Of a stretch of DNA of 64,000 nt, positions 1 to 13,643 are shown in pieces (position 1 is the stretch's first letter; every line of letters begins with the position of its first letter). The notes beneath the pieces were generated by a model, which was not told the DNA's origin, searched no databases, and saw only the letters and a list, made by a program, of their open reading frames with translations. Made by a program: the position numbers and the translations under genes. Source of the DNA: Octopus bimaculoides (taxonomy: Eukaryota); NCBI RefSeq assembly GCF_001194135.2, contig NC_068982.1, forward strand, positions 93,538,122 through 93,602,121. The letters are read 5' to 3'.

Positions 1-9
1 TAACTGTCA

Positions 10-691
10 TGGCGATACCTGCTCAGAGGCTTACACAAAGTTGCAGAAAGTGTATGGAGAGGAGTGTATGAGCTGCACTCAAGTGTACAAGTGGTTCAGA
101 CATTTCCAAGATGGCCAAAAAAAAGTCGATAGTGACAAACATTCTGGAAGACCTGCAACCAGCAGAACTGAGAAAAAATTGCAAATGTGCATGCAGCTGT
201 GAGGGGAAATCATCGAATAACCATCCGTGAGTTATCAGAGGATGTGCAGATTAGTTACGGTTCTGTTCAGTCCATTATCACTGAAGATTTGGGTATGAGA
301 CACATGTCTGCCATGTTTGTGCCAAAACTGCTTTTAGCTGACCAAAAAGACACTCTGGTTTCAGTTGCACAAGATCTCCTTGATTATGTCAAGGACGATA
401 AAAACTTTTTGAAAACTTTGCATAGGCCTCTGAGCAGGTATCGCCAAGCTTTTTGACAAATTTTGATGTGAATTCTCTGCTCAACTTTCTCTGTCGTGGT
501 CAATGCAATGATCACACACTACACACCATCCTTCTAAGCACTGCTGTAAACAGCAAAAGTGAGCTAGAATGTTAAAACTTAGTGTACATGCACAGCAGAG
601 TTTATGGTCAATCTGTGCCAAGCAGCTTTACTCTGCATGCTTTAGCTTCATTACTATGGCAACAGTCCTGATACTTGTTGATCATACCATG
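10..691 (+). mobile_element. Mariner-type non-autonomous remnant: N-terminal HTH region of the transposase followed by an inverted copy of the element 5' end and TIR
   Basis: + strand reads GDTCSEAYTKLQKVYGEECMSCTQVYKWFRHFQDG...SGRP, then (frameshift) RITIRELSEDVQISYGSVQSIITEDLGMRHMSAMFVPKLL, typical of mariner HTH domains. The - strand from 691 reads TA-CATGGTATGATCAACAAGTATCAGGACTG (mariner-like TIR) and later KVEQRIHIKIC...GDTCSEAY. Confidence 0.8.
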
Positions 692-1914
692 TATGCTTCA
701 GTTAGCAGCTGTGGCCATGCTGTGGAACTGCCATTAGTGTGATTGATAGTATATTTGTTTCATTTCTACTGCCTCTCCCTGCATTTGGTTTTAGTGAATG
801 TTGGGATTGGACAATGCTGCCTTCATTTGCATTTTGGGCTGTGATGTGGGTTCATCTGGAATCTTGGATAAAAATTTGCCTAAATGCTTTTTGAATACTA
901 CCATATATTGCTGAGGATGTTGGCAAAGTAATCAAAATCTGTGGGGCCTTGAGTCCTAAATTGCTACAGTATTGTTTACTTACTCTAGATAACAAGGGTG
1001 ATCCTTTTGTAAATTTGTAGAAGGCCTTTGGGTTCATTCATATATTTTTAACAACTTTGGTTTCTCATTTTCCCTCTACTTCTCATGGGAGAGTCTGGGT
1101 TTGGTTTCACTCTTTGAAAGTATCTTTCTTAAGTAGAACTCCTTACTGTCATGAAGTTGTTTATTTAAGCAATTTTAGATCTTTATTCTTCATTTCATAG
1201 GGACACTCTTGTCACTAGGAATAATGTTTTATGTGTAATGACTCTTCACTCTTGGACAAATTTTATGCATATAGCTTGTGTTGTTGATATAAATTTTTAC
1301 ATCATTGTTGCATAGACACTTTCAGGCCAGTTTTGCTTCAGAATCTGATTTGCAACAAAGTTTCTTATACAATTTTGATACAATTTCATTTTGTATGCTT
1401 CTAGGCTGTTTGCTTAAAGGTGTTGTAAGCTATCTTCGCTGCTGAGAGTTTACTCTTCAGCTTGTCCTTATATCTGAGCCATGGTCAACCAACATTCCTG
1501 TGCCCACTATCAAGCTGGCTTTATATGAGAACTTTGAGTATTATTTTGTCACTCATTCTGATGCCATGGCCAACCCAGCGCAGTTGCATATATATTCACA
1601 CACGCATGCACATATACATATATTGTTGACATCAAAAGAATTTTATAAACTTTCAAGAGAATGTGAAATAAATCTTTTCTTTATTTTTATATCACAAAGC
1701 ATACACATACAGCTATGGACAATAGTATGTAAATATTAGGTTGAAACCCTTCTTTGGATAGAAAATGTCTAAAAGGATATTCAACCTAATATTTACATGC
1801 TATTATCTATAGTTTTATGTGTGTGCTTTGAGATATTCCCCAAAAGAATCACACACACACACATATACATCTGCGGGGATAGCCAAAAGTAACTGGAAAG
1901 TTCTCTGTGGGACA

Positions 1915-2245
1915 AATCTATGAAATTCAGTTTTCTGCTAGGAGAAAACAGTGGCCGAAGAAGTTGTCATTTTACAAACTGCTTAGAAGCACACTACCAT
2001 GAGCAAAACACAAGTTTACGAGTGGTTTCCATGCTTTAGGAATGGTCACTTGTCGCTTGAAGACCAACCTCATTCAGGACAGCCAGCATCAACCACCCAA
2101 ATGAATGAAAACATGAAAATTCATGAACTGATCTTGGAGGACTGTCACTGAACAATTGACAAACTTGTTGATATGACTGGTGTGTCCTGGAGCTCCTACC
2201 AATGAGTTTTGAGCAAGGAATTGCAACTGAAAAGAGCATTTTGCC
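1915..2245 (+). pseudogene. Degenerate mariner transposase N-terminal fragment
   Basis: Translates with stops and frameshifts to ...MSKTQVYEWFPCFRNGHLSLEDQPHSGQPAST...IHELILEDCH*TIDKLVDMTGVSWSS, the mariner HTH signature. Confidence 0.75.
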
Positions 2246-2307
2246 CGCTGTGCTAATAATTCAGCCAGCTTACCACCTTAGTAGCAATAATAATAATGAT
2301 AACAATA

Positions 2308-2760
2308 AATATAAGATCTTGTGGGATTTTACAATCCAATGTGACGCTCTAATAGGTACCCAAAAACCAGACATTTTTGTAATAGATAAAAGGGAAAAGG
2401 AAACTAAGATTATAGATACTGCCATACCTGGGGATGCATGTGTAGTGATAAAGAGTTGGAAAAAGTGAAAAAATACAAGTTACTAAAAAAGGAAATTGCA
2501 AGAATGTGGACAATAAAAAAAGTAACTGTCATCCCAATAGCTGTAGAAGCACACGGAGTACTAACAATCAAGTTGTCAGAGAAACTGAACTTGACATGGG
2601 GGTAAAGCATACTCAAAAAGCTGCTCTATTGGGGACAGCTAGGTTTTTGAGATTGGTACCTGGATATTAAGTATCTTCCATGATACTTGACATCTAAGTA
2701 CCAAATCTCATAATTCGTGGAAAGAGATCCTGTAGGACCTATGATAATATGTTGTTGTCC
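2308..2760 (+). mobile_element. 3' fragment of an R4/Dong-like non-LTR retrotransposon (restriction-like endonuclease domain plus putative 3' UTR)
   Basis: KYKILWDFTIQCD...KPDIFVIDKREKETKIIDTAIPGD, frameshift, EKVKKYKLLKKEIARMWTIKKVTVIPIAV...QKAALLGTARFLR; stop at 2668-2670. The PD..D..K-Y pattern is the RLE domain. Starts right after a (TAA)n tract. 3' boundary is approximate. Confidence 0.75.
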
Positions 2761-2770
2761 ACTCTCACAG

Positions 2771-2812
<42 letters not shown>

Positions 2813-3139
2813 CTGGCTAGATAAATAGATGGAAGAGCAGATGTACAGGCAGGCTTTTTTCACAGTTTCCACCCATCAAACTCTACACTTGTTAACTTAA
2901 TTTATTGTCCACTTACATTCTTGGATGCCTTTAAAGGATTCCACTCTTTTGTAGATTCCTAGTTAAATGATCCTTTCATCTCATCTTGTAACCAGGTTCA
3001 GGGAACCTAAAAGGAAGCACGTGCACAGTGTCCCTTTAGGATCATGAGCTACTTTCCTTATAATTATGTGATTAAAAAATATTCTCAGCACAAGCTATTA
3101 ATTAATCTGGGGTAATAGCAAAAATCACTTACCCAAAGT

Positions 3140-3192
3140 GGCAAGTAGACCAGCAAATTTCTCGTCCATACTGCCAAGTGTGTGCACGTGTA

Positions 3193-3229
<37 letters not shown>

Positions 3230-3473
3230 ATGGGTGCACATGTGTAGTTAAGAATTTTATTGAACAACCACATAGATCCAGATTTCTTCCAACTGAATAG
3301 CAGTTGGGGCTTTTAATACGACCCCAGTTTGACCAGCGTGTGTGTATGTATGTATGTATGTATGTATATATATATATATATGTGTGTGTGTGTATATGTA
3401 TATATATAAGTGTATATATATGTATATATATATATGTGTGTGTGTGTATATATATGTATACATATATATATAA

Positions 3474-3506
<33 letters not shown>

Positions 3507-3586
3507 AGTATATATATGTATATATGTATAAATATATATATGTATATATATGCATATGTGTATATATATACATATGTATATATATG

Positions 3587-3650
<64 letters not shown>
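3140..3650. repeat. Compound (GT)n/(TA)n/(TATG)n microsatellite
   Basis: Direct inspection; it produces the spurious YI-repeat ORFs. Confidence 0.95.
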
Positions 3651-3652
<2 letters not shown>

Positions 3653-5230
3653 ACTCGTACATTCCATTGTCTTTTTTTTTTTTTTAGAAACCATGCCAAA
3701 TGTGGAATGTGCGAGTGAGACGTGGTCCCCAACCCATCTAAGAGGGCAGTAACTCCAAATAAGAACTGACTCAGACTGTGATGAAATGTCCAACCCATGC
3801 CAACATGGAAAACCAAGTGGATGTTAAATAATGATGATGATGATGGTATACTTGCATAGATATATATAATTAACATGCCAGCCTTAGTTAAGAATAAATA
3901 TGTTTAATGTCACATTGAAAGCTGTAGTTAAACTAAAGCACTTTAAGCAGCTTGAAGCTAAGATCAAACTATCTAGTTCCCTCTTTCATTAAAAATTCTT
4001 CAACAATTGTTTACTTTTGCCTTCCAACCTTCCAAAAGTATGTAATGGACTGTATATAGAAATGTAAACAAAATTTACATTTACATTTAATTTTTTTAAC
4101 GGTATTTACATAATGGCTCAAAGTTAATACTTAATTAAGCCCTTTGCTCCCTAACATAAGCCATTGATGACTTTTCTTCACTTTTCTCAACTTTTCAGGG
4201 CCAATCCCTCAGTATGGAGGTATTTCCCAGAGAGAAAGCCTTCCTCTTCTCGGTCCTGCTGGTTTTGAATTGTCATTGATGCTTCTCTAGCTGCTATTTT
4301 TTTTTTTTTTGGTAAGGGTGTTGGCACTATGCAAACGCTTTTATTACTTCTAAGAATATGCAGTCCATATTAGTCTAGTCTCTATTTTTCGACCTGTCCA
4401 TCATGGAAGGCCCTGCCAGAGGAATGCAATCCATTGGCATAGACACACAGACTAGACATTGTGGTGAGCAAAGTTAATGGTGAGACATTATTAACTAGGG
4501 CAGCAGTATAACATGGGTCATAAAAGACAACATTAGTCTTTTAGAACCTCAGTCTAAGCTGCCAAAAGTACTGTAGTTAACCACAGGATCTTATTTCACA
4601 GCTAGACTAAATATATTTGAATAAACATATGAATCTGACACTGTATACATATTTATTCATCACTTATGCTGTATGGTACTATGGTAATTAATGCCTGGTC
4701 ATCAACACCATGCCATTTGTACAAATTTTATTGTGCCAGGCATTGTTTCATTTATATTTCTATAAGTATCCTACATTACTTACTTTTTGTAGCTTGTTAA
4801 CTATGCAGTCTGGTGTTTGTAGAATTGTTAATGTATATATTGAATTCATTGTTAATATAATCATATTCTGTTAAGCTGCAGTGCACAAATACAAACAGAA
4901 AACACACTGAAATAATAGGATTTGTTACCCCACTTATATGACCATACTGTAAACCACAAACAGTTGAAGTGAGATTGGGCCCAATGAGGTACATATTTAT
5001 GTGAGATTACACAGAGCAAAGTGAGAAGTATGAGGCCTTGCAGAAAGGTAGTATATTAGGTCACTTGAACAAATGGGAATTAGTCAAAGGGATACTAATA
5101 AATCAACAAAGAAATCAATTGCCACAAAATTTTTGATTGATCTTTAATGAAAGTTTACTCAACATCCTAATATATATATAAATAAATATATGTATATATA
5201 AATATATGTATATATAAATATATGTATATA

Positions 5231-5592
5231 TAAAGGAGACCACTAGGTGGACTGTTAATGTGCTAGAAGAAGATTACATTCTAGCACATTAACAGTCCAC
5301 TTAGTGGTCTCCGTTCTAGCACATTAACAATCCACCTAGTAGTCTCCTTTATACATTAGAAATGCAGAGACGCCTATAATAGGACATCTACTCGCTAGAA
5401 ATAGCAGCAAAAATACTACATACCACAAAAGTTAGGGATAATTTCGAAAGGAAATGAAAAATAAAAACTTTTACCAATCTATATTCTGTACCATGGTTTC
5501 AAGTCAATTTTAGTAAGATAAAGATTATATCTTACAAGGTCAGACTATCGTCAGCAGAATTGACCAGACAACATATGAAGCAGTCTCCTTTA
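5231..5592 (-). mobile_element. Penelope-like element pseudo-LTR remnant carrying a hammerhead motif, inside a TA tract
   Basis: TAAAGGAGAC at 5231 is inverted at 5343-5352 and 5583-5592. A ~35-nt unit (GGAGACCACTAGGTGGACTGTTAATGTGCTAGAA) occurs once direct and twice inverted. Hammerhead at 5483-5560. Confidence 0.6.
5483..5560 (-). ncRNA. Type I hammerhead ribozyme motif (intact core)
   Basis: - strand: ATTCTG / CTGACGA / T AGTC...GACT T (distal hairpin GTAAGATA/TATCTTAC) / GAAA / palindromic ACCATGGT / GUA cleavage triplet / CAGAAT. Stem I is 6/6 paired. Confidence 0.8.
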
Positions 5593-6204
5593 TATATATA
5601 CATATACAATAATCCTTTGAGATCTCAAATATTTTTTCTGAATCTCCTTGATTCTTTCAATGTGCTTGTTCCCTGGTATTAAATTGATATTAATTAATAT
5701 CCAATTTTTTACCCTACTGNNNNNNNNNNNNNNNNNNNNNNNNNNNNNNNNNNNNNNNNNNNNNNNNNNNNNNNNNNNNNNNNNNNNNNNNNNNNNNNNN
5801 NNNNNNNNNNNNNNNNNNNNNNNNNNNNNNNNNNNNNNNNNNNNNNNNNNNNNNNNNNNNNNNNNNNNNNNNNNNNNNNNNNNNNNNNNNNNNNNNNNNN
5901 NNNNNNNNNNNNNNNNNNNNNNNNNNNNNNNNTATATATATATATATATTTATATTAAATATAGGATATGATTCTGTTGTATTTATAACATGTCTGTATA
6001 TATATGAGTGTCATCCATTCCCACTTTATTTTCCTCAAATCATCCCTTTCTGTGTCTTCTTGAAATACATTTTAGAACTGCCAATACTGTACCTGCTATT
6101 AATCTCATCACCCTCTCATATCTGCCATCCACAGCCACCTCATCCATTTTTGCCCCACTCAGTATAGCCACCCATATATACCTGACAGCCATCTTCATTG
6201 TACA

Positions 6205-6242
<38 letters not shown>

Positions 6243-8180
6243 TCCTCCCCTTCTCTCCCACTCTGCACATCATCTACATATTTTCTCATCTATCTACAAG
6301 TTTATTATTCTGCAACTCCCCACTCTTCTTGAATTGCCCTTTATTAACTCTTCCTTCTTGAGTCATTTGTATTTTTTCATTATTACCTACTGTTTCTCCA
6401 CCCCACCCACCATCAACCACAACTCTACTTTGGTTCCAGTCATTACATTCACCTCTGCACCCATCTCTGACTATCACTCTCCTCTCACTCTCTAATGATC
6501 TTATCCACCCACCCTTCCCAAGTCTCCATCTTTATTCTCTCAGATAATCACTTTCTTGTATCTTTAGAGTTTGCTCCGACAACTCATCACCACCATCATT
6601 GTCTTCATTCCAGTTACTCCCACCCTTATATAATACAAGGTAGCCGTGCACCTCCTCTATAGCAAGCCATATACACCTGTCCCTCTGTCATACTTTAGTC
6701 TTCCAACACCTGGTATAAAATACCTCTATCACAACCCCACTAAGTTGAGGGTTTTGCTTTGCTTTTTTTTATCTTGCGAATTATTTGGCTATCTCACTTG
6801 TGTCAGTGTCATGAAAAAGCACCCATTACACTTTGTGAAGTGGTTGGCATTAGGAATGGCATCCAGCCATAGAAACCATTCCAAAATGGACATTGAAACT
6901 CTTGCTGCAGTCCTCCAGTATATTGTATCCTGTCAAACCATCAAACTCAATCTAGCATGGAAGACAGATATTAAATGATGATGATGATGATTTATTTATT
7001 CATCTATTTATCTGTGTGTTTGTATATGTGTATTCCATATCTGTCTATATGTGTATGTTCTTTTATTTTTTTAGTGGTTTCAGTTTGTTGATTATAGCCA
7101 TGGCAGGGCACATCCTTCAAGGGTTTTTATTGATCATATAGGCCACTAATTTCAATCTGATAATTATTTTATCAAGCTATATTTATTGAACTGCTAAATT
7201 CATCTCCTGTTACGGTTATATCTTGGGGGAAACGATGAGCTGCAACAGAGTGACTTATTTTAGATACACTTAATACTGTGTTATAAATTTATGTCTGATC
7301 CAAGGGGTTATGGGACTTACAACTGGAATCTAAATAAAAAAGAATATGACATTTTTTGTCTATTTTTGCTAAGAGGGAGTGCTTACATATTCAACTTAGC
7401 TTGCAGCCATGCTTGATATAATAGCTTGCCTGTTGCAGACCTGTATCTATATAAGTAGGCATTCATTATTTAGTTGTTTATTTATATTTTGTTGCTGTTT
7501 TATAAACTGAATGTCTTTTCTGATATTAACCACATATTGCTGTTGGTAAACCAAAAATATTCTCTGGAACATAATGCACTGCCTAGGGCAAAGTTTGAAT
7601 TTATGACCTGTGTTTAATAACCCTACAGTTCAAATTAATTGGTAAGTCATACTTGCGCCCATTGAAAATACCAGGGATTTACTCTCATTTGACACAGCAG
7701 TTGTGGGCTGAAAGAGGCTTTGTGGAAGGCCCTGCACCTCATGGCTGGACATGATTAATGAAGATCTCTAGAGGCTCAATGTCACCTTGGAGGATGCAGA
7801 GTGGCTGGCATGGGACTGCCAGCGATGGAGAGCACTGGTGGACCTGGTCAGCTCTACACATGATGATGTCTCTTGGAGTACTAACCTGGGATGACCCCAG
7901 CCCCATCAAGCAAGAGCATGAAGTGAAGTGGTATTTTGATCCATTTGCTTAAAACTATTGTTATAAAATACATTCCTTTCCATTTTATACATGCAGGAAT
8001 TGTCTATAGATAATATATTATATCAACATAAACCAGTGGGTCTTTAAAGCATAATTTTTTTTGGCACTGATGAACTGGCAATACTTGCATTTAGCTTCTA
8101 AAATTCAAACTCTGCCCAGCTTTGTGTAAATTACTTACTGTTTATCTTCCAGTGGATTTTTCATGCATATATATATATAA

Positions 8181-8635
8181 GAATGGTGTGGCTATATGGT
8201 TGAGAAGTTTGTTTCCCATCCACATGGTTATGGGTACAATTTCATGGCATCTTGAACAAGTATTTTCTACTGTAGCCTCAGGCCAACCAAAACCTTCTGA
8301 GTGGATTTGGTTGATGGAAACTGAAAGAAGCCCATTGTGTGTGTGGAGAGAGAGAAAGAGAGAGAGATGTATGTATATGTATACATCTGAGTGTTTCCTT
8401 GTCTTGGCATTGTGTCAACTCTAAATGAATGTCACTGTCAAAAGCAGTGTCATTAATTTCCAATATCCTGCATAAGCATGTCTCACTATAGAGAAATATT
8501 ACCTTACTTTGAAATAGGAGAGGGTTGGTGACAGGAAGGGCATCAAGCTATAGAAAATCTGTTTCAATAAACTCTATTCAACCTATGCAAGCATGGAAAA
8601 GTGGACAGTAAAACAATGAAAATGGTGATGATGAC
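8181..8635 (+). mobile_element. tRNA-derived SINE with internal microsatellite and an RTE-like (GAT)n tail
   Basis: Head resembles 58307-58470 (A-box-like TGTGGCTATATGGT; CAAGTATTTTCTACTGTAGCC...GGAAACTGAAAGAAGCCC). Tail GGAAGGGCATC...GCATGGAAAAGTGGAC...GATGATGA is shared with the RTE 3' ends. Confidence 0.65.
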
Positions 8636-8835
8636 ATTTTTTTATTCTTTTACTGGTTTCAGTCATTAGATTGTAGCCATACTGTGGTGTCACCTTGAAA
8701 GACTATACTACACTATCTGGCACTCATGATAAAGTTAACTTGGTGTAAACTAAGGCAATGAAATGGATTATAAATATTTTCATAGAGTACAAGTATGAGC
8801 ATGTAGCTAAAATGTACCAAAATCAAACTAAATTT

Positions 8836-9296
8836 GACTGGCCCTCATGCCAACGTCTCCTTCATTGGACACTAAACTCGGCTTGCGAAGACCTGTTGGG
8901 GCAAGCGAAATTGTGATGGCACCTGTACCAGTGGAGCGCTAAGAGCACCGTTCGAGCGGGATCGTTACCAGTGTCGCCCTCCTGGCACGTGATAAGTCAT
9001 TCGAGCGAGATCATTACCAGTGCCGCTGGACTGGCTCCTGTGCAGGTGGCATGTAAAATACACCATTTTGAGCGTGGCCGTTGCCAGTACCGCCTGACTG
9101 GCCTTTGTGCCGCTGGCACGTAAAAGCACCCACTACACTCTAAGAGTGGTTGGCGTTAGGAAGGGCATCCAGCTGTAGAAACTCTGCCAAATTAGATTGG
9201 AGCCTAGTGTAGCCATCTGGTTCACCAGTCCTCAGTCAAATCGTCCAACCCATGCTAGCATGGAAAGAGGACGTTAAACGATGATGATGATGATGA
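8836..9296 (+). mobile_element. RTE LINE 3' UTR fragment (5' truncated)
   Basis: Near-identical to the 3' ends at 26511-26800, 50980-51410 and 60318-60555(-); ends CCATGCTAGCATGGAAAGAGGACGTTAAAC(GAT)n. Confidence 0.85.
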
Positions 9297-10243
9297 CTTC
9301 ACAATCAGATGGTTTCAGGTTTGATTCCACTCTGTGTCAACCATGTTTTCTATTATATCACAGTGTCACCTAGTTTAACATCTTCACATGGACCTTGGTT
9401 ACATTTAGCAGATCTACTCTGTTGCAAGCATTTGAACCAGGTTTCTAATTCAAGAAAAACTTGACATGTAGATGAGTTGCTTCCTGCTGTAGTAACCAAT
9501 GAGTAAGGATTTTTGTCTTTTGTTTCCATCCCTTAATGTCAAAAGTTCTGTAAGAAGTTGTTCATGGGGCTGCCATTTCTCCTTTGGCTAAGCTATAATT
9601 TTTTAGTTTCTAAGCTGGAGGCATCAGCAATGGTTTGATACAAGATACAGACTAACTGAATATAGCAGTGGTTAGGACATAACCTAAGCCTGCTTGTGAG
9701 TCTCAAGCTTTTTAGAGCATATGAAAAATTATACTTGAAACTATGTAGCTATCTCTACATCATCACCACCACCACCACTGCCATCATCACCATCATCATC
9801 ATCATCATTACCATCATCATCGTTGTTGTATCTTTATCATCATCTAAACACAAAAACAGGCATTTACATTAAGAACGCTGCTAGATTTGTTACATATCCC
9901 AGTCCATCATCACAATGGCCAAAATTCATCTGCAGTTCATGATTTTTAGAAGGATATCCACAGTTTATCTTTCCATGGGTTAGTTTCAAAATGATGAATT
10001 GGTCATCAGAGAATTCTGTGTTACTCAGACAGGCCCTCTAAACTTTAGCATCTTTCTACTGAGTGTAAGAGGAGTCCCTAAGTATATGTAAAACTATCAT
10101 AATCATTAGCAAATCAATTAAAAATATTGCTATTGAACTGATAATGAATACATGTACTCATGTTTATGCTTAGATGACATTGCTCAATATTCTGGTGAAT
10201 ATATTATTCATGCTTGAAAATAGGTAACTTCAATTCACTACTG

Positions 10244-10314
<71 letters not shown>

Positions 10315-10377
10315 TTATGTTTGTGTTTGCTGATAGACACTGCCAAAACACACACACATATATCATATGACATATAC

Positions 10378-10422
<45 letters not shown>

Positions 10423-13400
10423 CGTGGGCATGCGTGTTTATTCCTGTCTGTTTTCACTTGAAACTGTTTGGAGAATGATGACATCATACTTAAGTTTCCT
10501 ATTAACATTTCATCCCATAGCCTGGTGGTTTCAATGTGTAAAGACCAGTGGAATAAAAATACCTTATTTGAAAAGAGGCAAAGGTTAGCAACAGAAAGAG
10601 GATCCAGATACAGAATACTGATTTAATAAGTCTCATTTAACCCATGCCAGCATGGGAAAAAAAATGGACATAGAAATTATGATGATGGTTAACACAATGT
10701 TTATTCCTATTGATCTCTACTTTGGAAACTCTAAATAAATTAACATAAGAAATCAATTTTGATAGCTGTGCATTTTCAATATCAGTACATTTGAAACTTA
10801 ACAATGGTATATATTCTGTAAGCAGTTCTGAGTCATATCTTAAGCTTTTCTTACGACATGACTTTCTCTTTCATTCCTCTCTCACCTTGCCTATGTGTAT
10901 AATGAACACATATAAAGATAGATGCAGGTCCCCTCTGCTGACAGTTGTTAATACTATATCATAGGTAAAAGTTTTATCTTTCAGTACTGAACTAAAATCT
11001 TTCCTTGGGCTAAAAGAGGTGACAAGAGAAATGCTTCTAAGTCATTATCTTTTAATGTCTGTTTTCCATGCCAGCATGCATTGAAGGGTTTAATAGGATC
11101 CAGTGGGTCCAAGGACTGCATCTTGCTCTAATATCTGCTTTGGCATGTTTTCTATCACTGAATGCCCTTCCTCATTCCAACCATTTTTCAGAATGTACTA
11201 GGTGCTTTTTCATGGCATCAGCACTAATGAAATCACCAAGCAGCTTATAAGCATAAGATCCTCTTCAACTGAGTAAGGCTATAGTTGAGAGGAAGGCAGC
11301 TCTATGCAGGAGATGAGAGGTTTTAGTATGAAAGAAGAGTGTCAGAACTAAGCAAATTTCTTGTTGTAGAGGAGCTTACATGGTAACTCACATAATAGAA
11401 AGGTGAGTGTCAGTAACCAGGGTGGAGCTGAAAAGAGAGATAAAACAGTGTCAGGATTGACCTTGAAGGTACAAGAAGATGAATAGAAATGGAAACAGAG
11501 AGTTAGGGTGTGTAGAGCCTGGAAAGGTGTATGGGGAGATTGCAGTTTTAAAACTTCTACTTTTTCTGCAGTATAACCAGGGGTATCCCTGACTTAATGG
11601 CATGTACCATATATGTAACAAATTCTCACTACATACAGATTTCTTTTATGTCAGTTTATATACTAGAATACTAATGTGTTTGATCCATATTTCCATAGAT
11701 ATGCTAAAAATATGTATGGCTTTATATTTAGTATTTGTCAGCTGAAATATTCACTCAAGTTTTTGTTGTGGTTAGTAATTGTAGTTGATTTGTTTTGTTT
11801 TGCAATAAAAATAAGAACAGAACAACATGATAGTAAAATGGTCTTAGGAATTCTAATCACATAATTTCTTTGAGTGTTTCGCAAAAGTAGCTGCTGCTCA
11901 AACTTCAAATATAAAACAGTAAAATATCTTCTTTGAAAATAATCTACATTAAAATAAGTAGAAAACACTATGAAACAGCAAGAAGACATATGGAAGTAAT
12001 AGAAAAAAGTATTGTAAGATATATAACAATGAATGTAGGATTAAAAAATAAAAAATAGGTCTATGTTATATTCAGAAATGAAACTGTCATCTGTGTTAAC
12101 AAAGAAAATATTTATAACATTCTGAAGGTCCTTTACTGGTACCATATTAAAATAGTTTTGTGCTTTGTAAAGTAAAAATAAAAACAAGTTCAATTGGAAG
12201 CAAACAATGAATATGTTAAGGACACAACTGGCAACTTTATTAGGTATTTGTCATGTATATACCAAAGGGTTGGTGGTTCACTTTCCTTCTCTAGCATTTT
12301 ATGTCTGTTAACATACTTAGCTTTCCTGGCTAATCCACAAACATATAAATAGATACTGTATCAGTACATCTTATTGTCATATCTAGGAAGAGTACTGTTT
12401 GCATATTGACTTCAAATCCTTTCAAGAGAACAACTTAAATGGAGTTGGGTTTTCTCTAGTACATCACTTGCCTCTTTAGATGTATTTCTGTTGAATGGGC
12501 AGTTATAAAACACAAAATTCCAGTAAATGTCCAGGTTTTTTATTCTATTACTGGTTTCAGTCAATAGATTCTTGCCATGCTGAGGTGCCATCTAATAGAG
12601 AATACTTGATGGCATCTCTCCTGGTGTTATTAAATAGATCAGTACTTATTTTATCAACCCCAGAAGGATGAAAGACAAATTGAATCTGGGCAAGATTTGA
12701 ACTTAGAATATAAATGGATATAACAACCAAATACCACAAGATATTTAACCTGATGCACCACTGATCCTGTCATCCAACTTTATATGTATTTATTTTATTC
12801 TATTTATTTATTTACTTTTTTTATTTAGCCAGAGAGAAGGGGCAGTATGCTTTCCATGACCCTTCATTTTTTTCCATATCTCTGAAACTGATGAGAAGAG
12901 AACTTCTCAAACCAAAGACCTAATTAGAATGCTTACAACAGAATTACTGAAGGCACCCAAGAATTAAGTGGTTCTAGTAATGGATTAAGCTTACTATCCG
13001 GGAACAACGCTCTAACAATCCGGCCAATCCAGTGCCAGATATTTTATTTCATCAACCCTCAAGAATGAAAGCAAAGTTGACAGGATTGGAACACAGGGCA
13101 CATAGAATCAAGAGAAATATCACAAGGCATTTTTACCCTAGCCTGTAACCACTCTGCCATTTCTTCAAAGTACAGTTGATAGATGTTCATCACTTGCTCA
13201 TCAATGAGTTGACAGTTTATATCCTGTAACCAATATTACCTTGTGTCCATGGCTTGCACATGATACTCTTTATGCTTCTTAATAACAAGCTGTCAGGGAA
13301 AAGTACCAACACCTTTGGAAAAGTTACCTGTGATATATTAGCCTTGAATCCAATCTATTGGGTCAGGAGTATATTAATGAAAGCTACTTCTCCCTGCCAG

Positions 13401-13643
13401 CTTCATAGAGCAGATTTGTATTTTTAATTATTATCGGTCAGAATTGTTAGAGTGGTGGAAAAACAACTTGTAGTATTTCTTCTAGTTCTTTATGTTCTCA
13501 GTTCAAATTTTGCCTAATTTCACATTTGCTTCTCATCCTTCTGAGGAGTTGTAGGTGTTAGTACTGGAGTTGTGGGTGTTGTCTAAGCCTTCTCCTCAAA
13601 CTGCTAGATTATTATCATTATCATTATTGTTATTATTATTATT

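Noticed and set aside
3129-3876. Long YI/IY/HT-repeat ORFs here and at 10230-10590, 39070-39790, 41370-41810, 44160-44580, 62250-63040
   Set aside because: Translations of (TA)n, (CA)n and (TATG)n microsatellites; not genes.
12886-12915. CTGATGA-GAAG-AGAA-CTTC hammerhead-like start
   Set aside because: Followed by TCAAAC rather than GAAA; no stem I or III can be formed.
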